The position numbers were made by a program, and so were the translations under genes. Under the pieces are notes generated by a model that saw only the letters and a program-made list of their open reading frames with translations, did no database searches and was not told the DNA's origin. A stretch of DNA of 64,000 nt from Vicugna vicugna (lineage: Eukaryota): assembly GCA_013265495.1 (NCBI GenBank), contig MU058781.1:786963-850962 (forward strand), given 5' to 3'. Every line of letters starts with the position of its first letter. Position 1 is the first letter of the stretch. Below, piece after piece: positions 11,111-24,272 of the stretch.

Positions 11111-14100
11111 ACATGAATGTGTTACTGTCAACTCAGACTTTCTGGTAATCTCTCCTGAGTCTTCAAGTTGAGTTTTGACATTTTAAATAACACATCAAAT
11201 ACTGTAAGGAAAATTAGACGGTTGTCCAAGTTGTCCAACGTTGCTGCTTTTGGTTCCCAAGATTAGAGGGCGAGTGAAAATATATTTCCCTAAGTCAAGT
11301 ATGAAGTAGAATTAGGGATAAAATACTGATAGACCAGAAAAAAGATCAGATCTGTGGTCCAAGGATGAAATCATTGAAGAGGCAAGGTAGCCGTTTGCTC
11401 AAGATAGTAATTCCTCTAGGTATCTAGGTATCCAGAAATGTTATTTTTAAAACATCTTATTTCTTCTGCCTTACAGTGCATATAACTCACATTTACCTGA
11501 AGCGTCCATTTACTCTGAATATGCTGCAGAATGATGCATACTACACTGCAGGGTGTGACGCAGCCAGCAATGTGCAGAATAAACCTCGGGTGTGTTCTAA
11601 CACACAGCCCTCTGATGCCTCAGCTTGCCCAGAGGAGGAGTCAGCTGGCCACCAAACAGAAGCCCTGCAGTCATTACAGGACTAAGACAGGGTCAAACTC
11701 CAATCTTACTTTATAATTTCTGGATGATCCTTTCTGATCAGAGTGGAACCTACTGCAGTAGTTGAAACTGTCAGAACTGTCAGCGTGGCCACATTTAAGT
11801 ACCAGAGGATGTGGTCACATCTACAAGTGGCACTGACTGTGGGAGAGCCTCCTGAAATGGGCGTTCCCTGCCAGAGCCTTCGCATGGTTTAGCAAAGGAG
11901 AGTCATGAGATGTCCTCTAGGGCTTGAGTCAGTCTGATTCGGATGGAGATTGCCGTGTAATGTAGGACTTAAAGTATCGGTGCCTGGCAGTAGGAGTAAG
12001 AAGACAGAGCAATAATATTTAGGGCCTGGCGTGGTGAAGCACTGACGGGTCCATTACCTGTTAAGGTCTTCTCTAGGATGTCCTATGTGGAGTTAGGTCT
12101 GTTCTGAAGTATCTAAAACCATCAGTTGTGTAATACCAAAAAATATATATAAAACAGGTTTATAACAATGCCCCAATATTCAGGTGATGAACACATAGCG
12201 TCTACTTTTTGGCATTAGCGAACTATTTCCGTGTGTATGGTTTAGCCCAGTGACTAAATAAATAGTTCATTTTTCAAAGCAGATTCGACATTGCACAGAT
12301 GTAGGAAATCCAAACTAAAGCTGAATGCATGTATTACCATGCCCTAGTCGATCGAGGTACTTCCTGTTTGGAGCTATATTTTGAAACTATGTAAGAAATT
12401 TAATCATATTCTAAGTATCACTTTGCCTAATTTATACAAAACAGCATTTATTGGACCTGGTTGTAGACTGTTACTTGTCTTCATTGTGCAGTTAGTTTTT
12501 ATACAGGGCATAAATAAAATTAGCACCCATACAATTAGGGATCCTAAGGGAAATACTGATCTGCACTTTGCTTAGAAATCAGATGAAACAAAATAATATA
12601 TGTATATACTGTGAGTGGTACAGCTAGTCATATGCATAATCACAGGTGTAAGACATTTCATTTTACAATTATCCAGTTATCACCATTTCTGATGACATTC
12701 ATTGGTCTGTCACATCATCTCTTGCCCCTTCCACCCTCTTTTAAATATCATCAAGTATATACTGCATTCAGATGATGCTGACTTTTCTCAATAAAAGTTC
12801 TTACAGAGATGATAATTTTCTCCTGCGTGAGAATTTGAACCTCTAAACATTGACTAAACTCACTTGGACGTATATTTCAAAACCATGACTAAATGTAGTG
12901 ATATATTTTCAGTATAAACAGAAGTTCAGAACAATCTCAATATCCCATAGCCCTAACCATCAGTCTCAGTAAAAACAAATCAATAAAAAACAGTATAGCA
13001 GAACAGCAAACATAAATACTGAAACCTTATTTGTAGATGGTTGCTGTGAATGTAACACCTACCATAATACAGAGAGGGGTACTGAAAATCACTTGATTTT
13101 GTAACAGGTGCCCCGCTTCCTGGGAGTAAGGTAAGCTGAGATACATTATTCAACAGAAGTCGACATAACAAAGCTACTTCCTAATGTCTGACACTTCCAA
13201 GTTTGTGCTGAAGAGGAAAATGTCCTTTTGAGTAGTTGAACTCAAAAATCTAATGGAATTCAAAGATGCTTGACTGTAACCAAGTGACCTCAAATCATCT
13301 TACTGATTCAATACAGAATTTAGTTAACTAAATATTTTATGTACATGAGAGAAAAAAATCGAAACATGAAGTGAATTGATTGGATGTTGTGGAAAATATA
13401 GATCAGAACATTATCGTGATTGGCTATAGCATTTTGGCTCTAAAGGCAGACTTGGGCTGCACCAAAGCCATAGGCATGTTGCCGTAGAAACAGAAGCCCC
13501 ACTACTCTTTCACAGAAGTTCTGCCGTAACCCGCTGCTGTTCTACAGGCATCACTTCCCTTTTATCTTCATGTGACAAACCTACAACCAAGCCAAGAGTA
13601 TGCCTCATATCCTTACATGCCGCGTACTTATGAAGGAACCTCCAGAAAGCAGGCCATGTAATGGATTATCAGGGGGAAATTTTTAACTTGACATTGAGGA
13701 GTTTTTCTATAAGGAATATTTGTCTCTTCTCCTCTGACTTCGGAGCGTCCGTCTCAGAGACCTGCCTAGGGAATCTCAAAAGATTTTTATCTGAATAAAT
13801 AAACAAGAGACAGAACAGATGAATCAGCTGCCCAGGCTCAAGATGGCAGCCCGCGTGCTGTTTCCACTTGGAGGCTGATGAGTGGAAGGACCTCTCGCTC
13901 TCGGGTGATGGAGAGTTCATCCTCCCATCCCCACAGCCGCTCTCAGCCTCCGTCCGTCTTGTGGGCCTCCCCTGTATGATGCCCACAATTAACAGGTCAG
14001 TGAGATTTTCCACTCTGTCTCTTCCTAATTTGTTTCTCCCCTTTACTAATCTATTCAGTTCTCCATCCAAGCCATGCAAGTTCATACGATAGAGATAAGG

Positions 14101-14134
14101 AAGAAAGAATATGAAAGCAATGGAGCACTGCCTT

Positions 14135-14265
14135 TAGGCCGGGTGTGTGCCATGTTTTGGGACGCATCGCCTCTCTTCATTCTCACAACATCCATTCGAA
14201 GTGCGTGTTATTATGAATCCCATTTTATACGCATCGATATGACGTCAAAGCGACACAACTTGTGA
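14135..14265 (-). mobile_element. MIR SINE fragment
   Basis: ttcattctcacaaca...ttattatgaatcccattttatac reverse core. Confidence 0.55.
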
Positions 14266-16702
14266 GGCATAATCATAAAGGAATTTTGTTTTGATCTTCC
14301 CCATCCTTCAGTGTGTTCTCCACGGGCTCGTTCCTCTCCTGTCCCTGTGACTGTGGTACTAAGAGGGGCATTACGTCCCCCTTCCCCGGCTTCATACTTA
14401 CACTCCTGCTGATCCGGATGCCTGGCCCTCCAGGATGGGTCAGTCGAAGAGAAAGGGGCCTGGGTGGAGGGGAAACGTGCAGGACAGTCTTGCTGGATGA
14501 GCACTGCGGTGAGCTTCTGCTGGTTCTCACTGAACCTGGCAGATACTGTGGGGGACCCTCGTGGGGGTCGTTTTGAGCCCCTCCCCCTCCGTTGCTGAGG
14601 ATTCCTTCTCAGCCGTCCCCTTGCTGTAGGCAAGTGCATCCCTTCCTGCAGATCACATGCCTGCTTCCCCAGGACGTGGGAGCCGCCCACCACCTGTTGC
14701 TGGGCTGTCCTCTTGCCCCAGACCCTATCTTACATCCGTTATCTGCAAGATTGAACATGATTTGCCGCACTCACCGGGATGATCCTAATAACTTAGGTTA
14801 GAGGTCTCTTCTGTGTTCGCAGCCCCGTGAAATCTCTTGCCTACTGTCATCATTACATTTTTCACATAGCATTGTCATAAAATGTTTGTTGCTTCTTTGG
14901 ATCTCAAACAGGATCTAAGTTAGTCCCAGACCAACTCTCCCAGGTGAATAGCCCACTTCTGGGAGAAGGAATGGACTCATGGGACCCAGGATGCAAGCCA
15001 AAATTATTTTCAGTCTTTTTGATGACAGATCTAGGTGATGGGAACAGTACTGCAAAACTGGGTTTTCCACTTTTTTTTTTTTTTAAACAAATCCCACTTC
15101 TGTGGACCAGCACATCACTTTGGTATGTGCCATCTATTACTGGATTCACAATGAAAATCATTCCCTTTTAACATCCAGTTATGTTTTAAATATCATGAAC
15201 AAATGAATACACATTTAGTAGTTTTAGAAATGACAGTATGTTTTCTAGCTTTTGTCTGACAAAATAGAACTGTGGTTTTGGAATGTGATTCACTTTTTGA
15301 AAATCAGCGCTGTCTTGCCACTACTGTTTTCCTCTTTCAACAACAACAACAAAAATCTTGTAACATGAAACATCTTCAGAGCATCTGAAACATTATTCCA
15401 CGTCCATAACAAACTGGACAAAATGGCAGTGGGTCTTGGCATTCCTCAGATGAAGGACCACCGCCTTCCGGAGGTTACGATGTGCTTCTCGCCTCTTTGT
15501 TTCTTCGAGGGAGAGTCTCCGTCAACTCTGTCAGCTATGATCGCAAATGTGATTCTTTCTTACAAATCCTTTTTTTTTTTTTAACTCGGAACACACGTTT
15601 ACATTTCCTAGAACTCAACCAGAAAAAAAAATGACAAAACTGTAACTCGTTTCTAATGTCTTGGGAACATATAGACATTTCTCTAAGTGTACTTATGTTG
15701 TATGTGTTCAACGTTCTGAGCCTGGGTGAGTGATTTACGGTTAGGGGTGTGTGTGCTGGGTATCTGTTTGTTATGTAAAAAGCCAACATGTACACTGACA
15801 GTTTGTGTCAACTTTAACCAAAGTATAGACAAAAGACACATAACTATCCAGGAATTACGTGGGCAAGTTAAGCTCCCAACACATGCGAATAGCAGATGTA
15901 AGTAATAATAAATACAATAAATTTAAAAAATAATTACTAGTAAAACAAAAACTAAAAGGACATGGGATCAAAAACAGATTAAACACCTCCACGGCCAGGA
16001 AGAGAACAGAAACATAAAGTGGTAGGAGAGTAAAAAGCCTAACGCAGACGGCTGCAGCTGACAGTTTGTCTCTCGAAAGGGAAATGGAAACTAAATGGGC
16101 TCCATGGAAATAAAAGAGCCTTCTCACATTTTGAAGCCTGAAAATGCGACAAAACTTCTTTGCTAACCTCTGTCTGAAGCTATGCTTTTTGGGAATCATA
16201 AAACAAGGGGCAGCAGGTACAGTGTTCCTACCAGAAGCAAATCCAAGCTGCCCTCTGCTTCCATAATTGGATGTGTGATTTCTCCAGCATCTCTTTGAGT
16301 CAGGAAACCTGGTTCCGTGATTTGACCTGGTTTGGGATTAGAACCATAGATGAAAAGTAGAAAATTGTTGGATAGGAAGGAGTTAGAACAGAGAGGGAAA
16401 GTAAGGACTATGGTAAACTTCCACTCAAGACAAACATACAAACGAAATTTCTAAGGCATGTGAATAATCTAAGAAAGATAAGGAAGGAAGTTAACAAGAT
16501 CGGTTGGGATAAAAATTCCTTATAGATTAAAATAATTGTGTAGCTGAGTCTGATAAGTCTTTTAATGTATGTTTTGTATATTCAAAAGGAAAACATGATT
16601 TCTAAATATGAAACAAAAACAGGCATAAATGAAACAAGAACAGATGGATATAATACTGCTATAATTTGAAACACAGGAAAAAGTAAAAACTTAAAATAAC
16701 AA

Positions 16703-16840
16703 AATAATAATAATAACAGCTAACAATGAGAGCACAGCAATCCAATAAGGTAGGAACTGTTATCCTCATTTAATTATGAGAAAACTGAGGTGCAGTGAAG
16801 AAGTAGCTTATCCAAGGTCACACAGCTGGTATGTAGTACA
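16703..16840 (-). mobile_element. MIR SINE
   Basis: aataataataacagctaaca...tatcctcattt...atgagaaaactgagg...ccaaggtcacacagctggta. Confidence 0.8.
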
Positions 16841-17239
16841 TTAATCTGATCAAGGATTCATCGAATTTTTTTTTCACAAAAATTTTTTAAAAGCTTTTAG
16901 TAAAACAGATGAGATATATTCTAGTATAATCACAGTAGACATGACAATTATTGAATTGAAAGCTTGTGCTCTGGAATCCAAAAGAACACAAGACAAAAAA
17001 AAGATTTTTAAAAAAGGAACAATGAATAGGAAAGAAAGATCAACTGAGCACATCCAACATTTGTCATATAAGAGCTGAAAGAAAAGAGTACAGAATGATG
17101 GAGAGCAATTTTTTTTTAAAGTAACTGTTATTTTTTGGCTTTCAAATTTAACTTTTATAAGCCAAATAGTAATCTTAAAAATCAAAGCATCTGCAAATAG
17201 TTTTTTCGTGTATAAGCATCACTATTTAAAAATTTTATT

Positions 17240-17380
17240 TTTAACTTATTTTTCCAACTTTATTGAAGTACAATTGACAGATAACATCATGTAAGTGTAA
17301 GATACATGTGTATATATTGCAAAATGATACCACAGCAGGGTTAGTTCACAACCTCCATCGTCTCCCGTGACTACTGATAT
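17240..17380 (-). mobile_element. L1MA/MB-type 3' end fragment
   Basis: ctttattgaagtacaattgaca...tatatattgcaaaatgataccacag...ttagttcacaacctccatc. Confidence 0.65.
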
Positions 17381-17789
17381 TTTTTCAATATTTAAGAAAT
17401 ATATAGTCTTCAGAACAGAATGTTATTGTAAGTACCCAGCAGAAAACAAATAAGTAAATCCATTATACAGACACATTGCAGCAAAACTGCAGAATGTATG
17501 GGAAAGAAAAGCTAATACTCTAAATCAATCAAAGAGAAATACATTACCTATAGTAAGAGAACAGTTAGAATCAACATGATTCTTCTCAGCAATCAGAGAA
17601 GCAGAAATGAAAGAACTGTATCTTAAAATTTGCATAAAAAGAAAAAATAGCCTCTTGATTTAGAGTTATTCAAGATGAAATATCATACAAACGTAAGAGC
17701 AAGTTATGTTTCCTCTTCCACGACCTTTTCCTCCTCCTTTTCCTTCCTGAAAAATTCAATCCTAAAGCCATTAGATGCAGCTGAGCAAT

Positions 17790-18235
17790 ACAGGTGTCCA
17801 CACCAGACAAGGGGTGGGGGCTGGAGAATGGAGATGGATGACCCACGGTGTCAGGGTCAGAGCAGAGCGAGGAGAGGGGGACACGGGGCAGGGGAGGGCA
17901 AGGTGGGCAACTCAGGAATATGGGCCAGGACCCTAGTAGAGGCAGAAGACTCCAGCAGAGTAAGAAGTGTGCCCACATGGAGAAGTGAGCTGGCTGGGTG
18001 TCAGTGGAAAGTGTGTTGAGGAGGGCGTCCACATTGGGTGATTATGGGAGGCTGGTTACATTCAGAGGAATGGATCACATAAGTAAATCTATTAATTCTA
18101 ATGGGAGCTGTGTTTCTCACTATTAGAAAAGAGTTACAAACATGGAAAGAAAGGTAAGGACGAGCCTCATGGTTTGGGCTTGGAATGAGAGCTGTACTCG
18201 TGGTTTTCTAGATAGATCGATAAATGTAAGTATTT
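17790..18235 (+). mobile_element. L1MC/L1MD-type 3' UTR fragment
   Basis: ggatcacataagtaaatctatt...taatgggagc...tttctcactattagaaaagagttacaaacatggaaag resembles the L1MC3/MD 3' region. Confidence 0.65.
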
Positions 18236-18239
18236 TTAT

Positions 18240-18334
18240 ATTCCTAAGTTAGGGTTCGATCAGAGAAACAGAAGTACTAAGAATAGTACAGAGTAAGGAA
18301 TCCATTGTAGAGATTTAACCTCATGCAGTCATGC
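18240..18334 (-). mobile_element. MLT2-type (ERVL) LTR fragment
   Basis: ctaagttagggttcgatcagagaaacagaag...agatttaacctcatgcagtcatg. Confidence 0.55.
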
Positions 18335-18704
18335 GGAGAAATCGTTCCTGAAAGGAAGAGCCAATCCATGTGGCCAACTTCACTGCTGTCTTATTTTAAG
18401 AAATTGCCACAACCACCCCAGCCTTCAGCAGCCACCACCCTGATCAGTCAGCAGCCACCAACATCAAGGCTCCACCAGCGAAAAATTCTGGCTCACTGAA
18501 GGCTCGGATGATAATTAGCATCTTTTAGCAATAAAGTATTTTTTAAGTTAAGATTTATACGTTGTTTTTTTAGACATAATGCTATTGCACACTTAATAGA
18601 CTATAATATACTGTGAACATACACTGGGAAACCAGAAAATCCATATGATTCACTTTATTGTGGTGCTCTGGAATTGAACCCACGATATCTCCCAGCTATG
18701 CCTG
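18335..18704 (+). mobile_element. Tigger1 3' portion with terminal inverted repeat
   Basis: gaaaggaagag...tcttattttaagaaattgccaca...caccaccctgatcagtcagcagcca...ttagacataatgctattgcacacttaatagacta...gatatctcccagctatgcctg. Confidence 0.9.
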
Positions 18705-19074
18705 CAAAACTATCTGTATATATACATAGGTCCTCTGTCTACACAGATAGATGTGGATTCAGATACAGGTTATACATATAGTTACATAGATACATAGAGA
18801 AGGTGTCTGTTTCTGCTTGTGCTCCTGTGGTCTCTTTATGTGTGCATGTGTATGTATTTATACCTGTATCTACAGCTGTGGGTATCTCCTATGACAGAAG
18901 TATAATTATATATCCGTATGAAAAGACTGGCTGATAACACTTAATGGGGACCTGAACTTTGTTCATCTCTAGGAAAAAAATAGAACTATATTTTTACCAC
19001 ACATTATGCACAAGAAGTGTGGATTTTTGTCTTAAATTTAAAAATGCTTTATCAATATTATTACCTAAGCATAC

Positions 19075-19630
19075 GTATATGTACACAAACTTCCTTACAC
19101 ATAAATAGGGTAGAATATTAACAATAAAAAATCTGGGCAAAATATGCACAGGTATTTTTTTTTTGCATTCTTCTTATTCTTGGAACTTTGGAGTTTGTCA
19201 TGATTTCCAAATAAAAGTACTTTAGAAGACATTAAGGGGGAATAAATAGTAGCCATAGACTGGGGAAGAAAAACAATACAGGGAACTAAAAAAGGACTAT
19301 TTCCTAGAAAATGTAAAGAAATCTAAAAAGTCACTCACAGAAAGAAATAAACCCACTATAAAAATGAGCAAAGTATCTGCACAGGAAATTCAAGCAACAG
19401 GAGAATTCAATGGTCAATAAGCATATGAAAAGGTGGCCAATCTAACTAATCCTAAAAGAACTGCATACTAAAAGAAGAAAGCTTTATTTTTATCCCAGTG
19501 ATAAAAATTGCATGGTTAAAAGGAGAATGCCAAGAGTAGTTAAAAAAAAAGAGAGAGAGAGAGAGAGCAAGCCATGCACTACTGGTGAAGAATAAATCAG
19601 GACAGCCACTTTGGGGAGCAATCTATTACA
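19075..19630 (+). mobile_element. Old L1M fragments (3' end and ORF2 C-terminal remnant)
   Basis: aaaaatgagcaaag...caatggtcaataagcatatgaaaagg..., and a 3' end tgatttccaaataaaagt. Confidence 0.55.
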
Positions 19631-20512
19631 CACATGTGCAGGAGGCAGCTCATTATTGACAAGGGAATGTCTCAGACATTGTCAAATTAGGGGAGTGCCC
19701 TTCTGCAGAACTGAAATGCTAGTAGCTCTCTGGGTTGACCCTCTGGAGCAAGTTTTGGAAGCACGGCTGTGTTCTGTACCTTTCTGTGGCAGCAGGTCGG
19801 GACAGCATAGATGCTTTGAACACCTGGCTTAGTCACTGGATTCACACATCAAAAAGATGTACATCAGATAACCAGATGCAAGCCAGTGACTCAGCAAGCC
19901 ACTTGGTCGTTTCCAAGTACACAGACCTTTGTTTGCTGGGGTGAAGTTTTACAACAGGCTGTTTCAACACTTGTGGTAACAGAATATCAAAACCCCTCTT
20001 GCTGAGACATTTGACCAGAGTGGTGAGAGGTGGGATTTTGATGTGGAAATTTGATTAAAATAATAAGTTTCATCATTGCTATTTTGTTTTGATAGTTTAA
20101 GCACAAGTGGAAAATAGTAGAGGGTATTGTTTCTTTGAAAGTAGCACTGGTGACTCAATATTTTAAATGCATTTGGACACCTTGAGGTTCTCCCTTTGTG
20201 ACAATTTCTTACTCTGTAACAGACAAGGTATTTACAGAGTTCTTGTTGGAACAGCCCACAGACAGAAACTTCCCCTCATTAAAAAAAAAATGTTTGCTAC
20301 TGAATATTGTAATCCTCATGCATGTCTGTTTCATCCACACTAGCCTGAGTTTGCTTTCAGGTGTGCCTTCTTGGGGGTCATTTTATTAAGATGAACTTAT
20401 ATGAAGTGTTATGTCATTATTTGCTACTCGCTTGCGTCAAACATTCATTTGGTTCAGTTGCAAATTTTATTGAGTGCCAACAAGGTAACCCGTCTTGACC
20501 CTGGTGCTGGAT

Positions 20513-20735
20513 ATAATAATCATCAGCATTTATTGAACATTTATTATGTGCCAGGCATTGTTCTGACAGCTTTATGTGAATTAATTCATTTATTCTTGCC
20601 AAGAACTCTGTGGGGCAGATGCTATTATTATCCCATTTTACAGGTAAGGAAACAGTTGCAGAGAGAGGTTAAATCATTCATTCTAGATGACTCAGTTAGC
20701 AAGTGAGGAATCCAAGATATAAACCTAGTTAGGCT
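20513..20735 (-). mobile_element. MIR SINE (near full length)
   Basis: catttattgaacatttattatgtgccaggcattgttct...tattattatcccattttacaggtaaggaaac...agagaggttaaat. Confidence 0.88.
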
Positions 20736-21889
20736 TTCAAGAATATACTTGTAGCAGCTATGTTTTCCTACCTCTTTAAAAATCAATCATATTTCATACC
20801 ATCAATATAAAAAATAGGTAGATTTTCAACCTAGCACCACAGTATATAATAATTTTAATTCAGTATACCATTTTCACAGTTACAGTTAGTGCAATTATTG
20901 ACCTTCAGCATATTGCGATGAACAGCTATCGTCTCCTGAATCCTCTTACTAGCAGGGTAGACTGGGGGGTGGGGGTGGGGGGAGCTGTTCACAGTAGAAG
21001 GCACTCGGGTATCTTTGGCAAGATTCGTCCCAGTGTCTGAGTAACAGCTGGGTTTCTGAGAGATGGGAGAACTAAAACAGAATTTTAACACAAGTAGATT
21101 AAAGCAATCCTCTTCAAATAGTGCATAAAGTAAAACAGCACGTAAAGTATTGTTGAAAATTTGCAATTTTTTAAGAATTTGGGGAAAATTATTCTATACT
21201 GAGGAGAGTTTGAATTATTACTATGATGCCTCTGTGCTTTTTCACAAGAAGCTGACAGCTTTAACATTTAAATAAAGTAATTGAAATACCTAATAAATAA
21301 AATTAACTGTGTAGGAAGCATATTCTCTTGCCTAATAAAAGACATTATTGAAAAGTAATGAATGTTATTTTTTTAAAGAAGGAAATTATGTAGATTAAAA
21401 ATTTAACACAGCGGTAAAGACATGCAAATAATAGTCAATGTTCTTTGGTTTAACGGAAAGTTATAGTTTTGAATTGAAAATTAATTGTATTTATGTAGTG
21501 GTCAATTAAATAAAAATCAACTAAATGAAAAAATAATTAAATATAGGACAATTAAGTATTAAAAATGAAAACTTTTATAGAAAACGTTTTGTTATATTTT
21601 ATACCTGGGATCATATGCAGAACCCCCCACCCTCTAAAACAGTCTGTTTTTAAAGGTCTCTTAAAGGAAATCACAACTTTAGAAAGTTTTGGTTTGGACA
21701 GAGAACTGTATGTACAGTGTGTGCATACGTCTACTACACTGTCTAGCTACTTGGTGTACGTGGGTGTGTGCATGTGAGACAGTGTGTGTTGATATTAGTG
21801 TTTCCGTGTTGGAAATTCCCACCAGGACAGACACTCAGCAAAGGCAGCTGGCAATGATAGAAGGTGTTTATTCAAAACCCAGCCCAACC

Positions 21890-22060
21890 ATTCATTAACT
21901 TGTGCCCATTTTAAATTGTTAAACCACTCTGAGCCTCGGTTTCTCTGCATGTAAAATGGGGAAGGATGAGATTAGGAACAGCAGGGCAGCAGCTGACACA
22001 ACGTGTGGCCCATTGTACAGATGCAGTGAGTGACGGCCATGACTACTACTGCTGTTGTTA
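21890..22060 (+). mobile_element. MIR SINE
   Basis: ctctgagcctcggtttctctgcatgtaaaatggg core. Confidence 0.7.
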
Positions 22061-23198
22061 CTCTTGGCATTACTCAGTCACCTGTGGGTAAGTGCTTGGT
22101 AAGACTTGGAGAGGAAAGACCTAAGTACTAGGCTTAGACTGGGTGCTCTCAGGGTCCTTCCTTCCTGAGCTCTGTGACTCTCAACACTGCCTCTACCATC
22201 CTCACCAGCCTCAGTTGTTTATTGGAATGGTTAGACAGTGCTTTGTTTTTACAGATTGCTTTCCAACTTTTGAAATTTTTTGGTCTTAGAGCAACGTGTT
22301 ACTCTGTCTGTCTTGCAGGTTAGAAGCCTGATGCCTGGCGCGTTGAAGGGATTAACCCGTGATCCTTCGGCCAGTGACGGACCCGAGATCAGATGCAGGG
22401 TTCGTTCTCTGAAGCTCTGCCTTTCCTGCCTCTTTCTGTTTGGTCCCTAAGCCGGCAGCAAGCCAAGCACTGCGTTGCGCAGACCGAATTTAGCATCCAG
22501 AGCAGAGCGTGTTGGTGGGTGAAAAGTGGCGCTGTTACTCGTGATGCTGTGACAGGAGGGCTAGATCAGAATCTAAAGAATAAGGTGTACTTTCAAATTC
22601 CTCTTTTCCTTAAAAAATAGCTCGGGAGTTAGAATATAATTAAAACAAACAAAACCCTCTCTAAGTAGCATAGAAAGAAGTAAGTGATACCAGCCGTAGC
22701 TGTTCAGACAAGGGAAATAGATTGCTTAGGCAGCGAGACGGTGCTTCTGAGATCCCGGTACCTAGAATGATAGAAGCTCAGTAAAAGTTTATGAAATTGA
22801 CTTGGATTTCTTTGAATTGTGATATTTACTAAATGAGGAAGGAGGGAAATATAGTCAGTGTTCATATAAAGTCTTTTCACTCGGCCCGTGGCAGTAATAA
22901 ACGTGTGCTCAGTACCTGCCCTCTTCTAAAAGGACAAACTCAAGATATCATCGTGCTTTAAGGACGGAAAGCACAGGGCATTCCAAGTTACGAATAATCA
23001 CACGGTGGGTGAGGATTTGGGGCAAGAGGCAGAGATTATATGCATTTCCTGTTGGAGCATGAAATGTTCTTGTTGCAAAGATCAATCATCAACAGCAGGT
23101 TGATTTCATTCATATTGGTCAAAGATATATCATTGAAATGACGGGCTCAATTCAGTTAAAAGGGTCCAAACTGTGTCCTCGGACAGGCACAGCTGCAA

Positions 23199-24272
23199 GT
23201 TTTGTATATGCTAAGTAGCGTGATGTTTCTCTTTTCGTTTATGGCTCACGCCCGATGCCGTTGCTAAGTAGATACGTTACAGCGTGCCCCACGGGACAGT
23301 ACAGCCCTGTGTTTCCCACAAGTGCACCTTGAATGTGTTTGGAGGTGGGAGTTGCCGCATTTAGTGCCTCTGAATGCACTTGACGTGATGTCACATGTAG
23401 GATCTGTGGGTGTGTCGATTTGGTGGATAAAGAAACCTAGGTGACACATCACAGCTTCGTAGTTGGCTAGACACACGCCCTTCCATGTAGTGGGCTTCAG
23501 GGGCTGGGGCTGGGAATATTTAGAGAAAGATCTTTGAGGCAGAGAGATGGTTCAGTGAGGTGCTAATCCTGGCGTCCAGGGCTGGTATCTAATACTTCTC
23601 ATTAAACCCTCCCAGGCTCCACGGCGTCATCTGCAGCCTGCAGTGCTTTTCCTCAGGAGAAGAGTTTTGAGTGTCAGAGAGGAAGTTGATACTGGAATCA
23701 AGAACGTTGACTCCTAGATGGAGCTGTGCCACCGGCTAAATGTAAGTCCGTGGTCAAGTCTCAGAGCTTTTCTGGGCTTCCTTTCCTCATCTTCCAAATG
23801 AATGCTTTGCATAGAGTAAGTCTAAGGTTCTTCACGCCTCTAAATGACATCCCCTGGTTCACTTTCTGCAAATACTTGTCATCTTTCCATGAATGAAGGT
23901 GTAAACACAAGTGTCCAAGAACTCTCATTTTCACAGCTAGTGGAAGGAGGAGAAATCACTACACCCCAAAAATCTCTTAAAACACAGGCTGCTGCTGAGT
24001 TTCTACTCCTCCTTCCAAACTTTACTGTGAAATTTTGCCTCAGTCCTCTTCTGATTTCAACCAACCTCGGTTGCCCTGAAAACCAAGACACTGGTCGTTT
24101 TCAAAGGTCTAAAGGGTTGGAGAATTGTTAAGTAAAAGGTCAACTTTATTAACTGCAATTATATGTAACTTGACTTAAGTGCTTTAGTTAATCTGCTAGA
24201 AAGATTCCACATTCATATTCAAATTTATTTAGAAAATGTTTTGTATATGCTAATTAGTGTGATGTTTCTCTT
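23199..24272. repeat. Dispersed 35-bp direct repeat pair (23199-23233 and 24238-24272)
   Basis: gttttgtatatgctaagtagcgtgatgtttctctt vs gttttgtatatgctaattagtgtgatgtttctctt, 33/35 identical, with unrelated flanks. Confidence 0.9.
23665..23845 (+). mobile_element. MIR3-like SINE
   Basis: ctgggcttcctttcctcatcttccaaatg...tctaaggttcttcacgcctctaaa. Confidence 0.6.

Larger units (their letters stand above)
16450..17770 (+). mobile_element. Ancient L1/HAL1 ORF1-like remnant, interrupted by MIR and an L1 3' piece
   Basis: Strongly A-rich; degenerate ORF1-type motifs (catccaacatttgtcatataagag, acagacacattgcagcaaaactgcagaa, acattacctatagtaagagaacagttaga). Confidence 0.55.
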
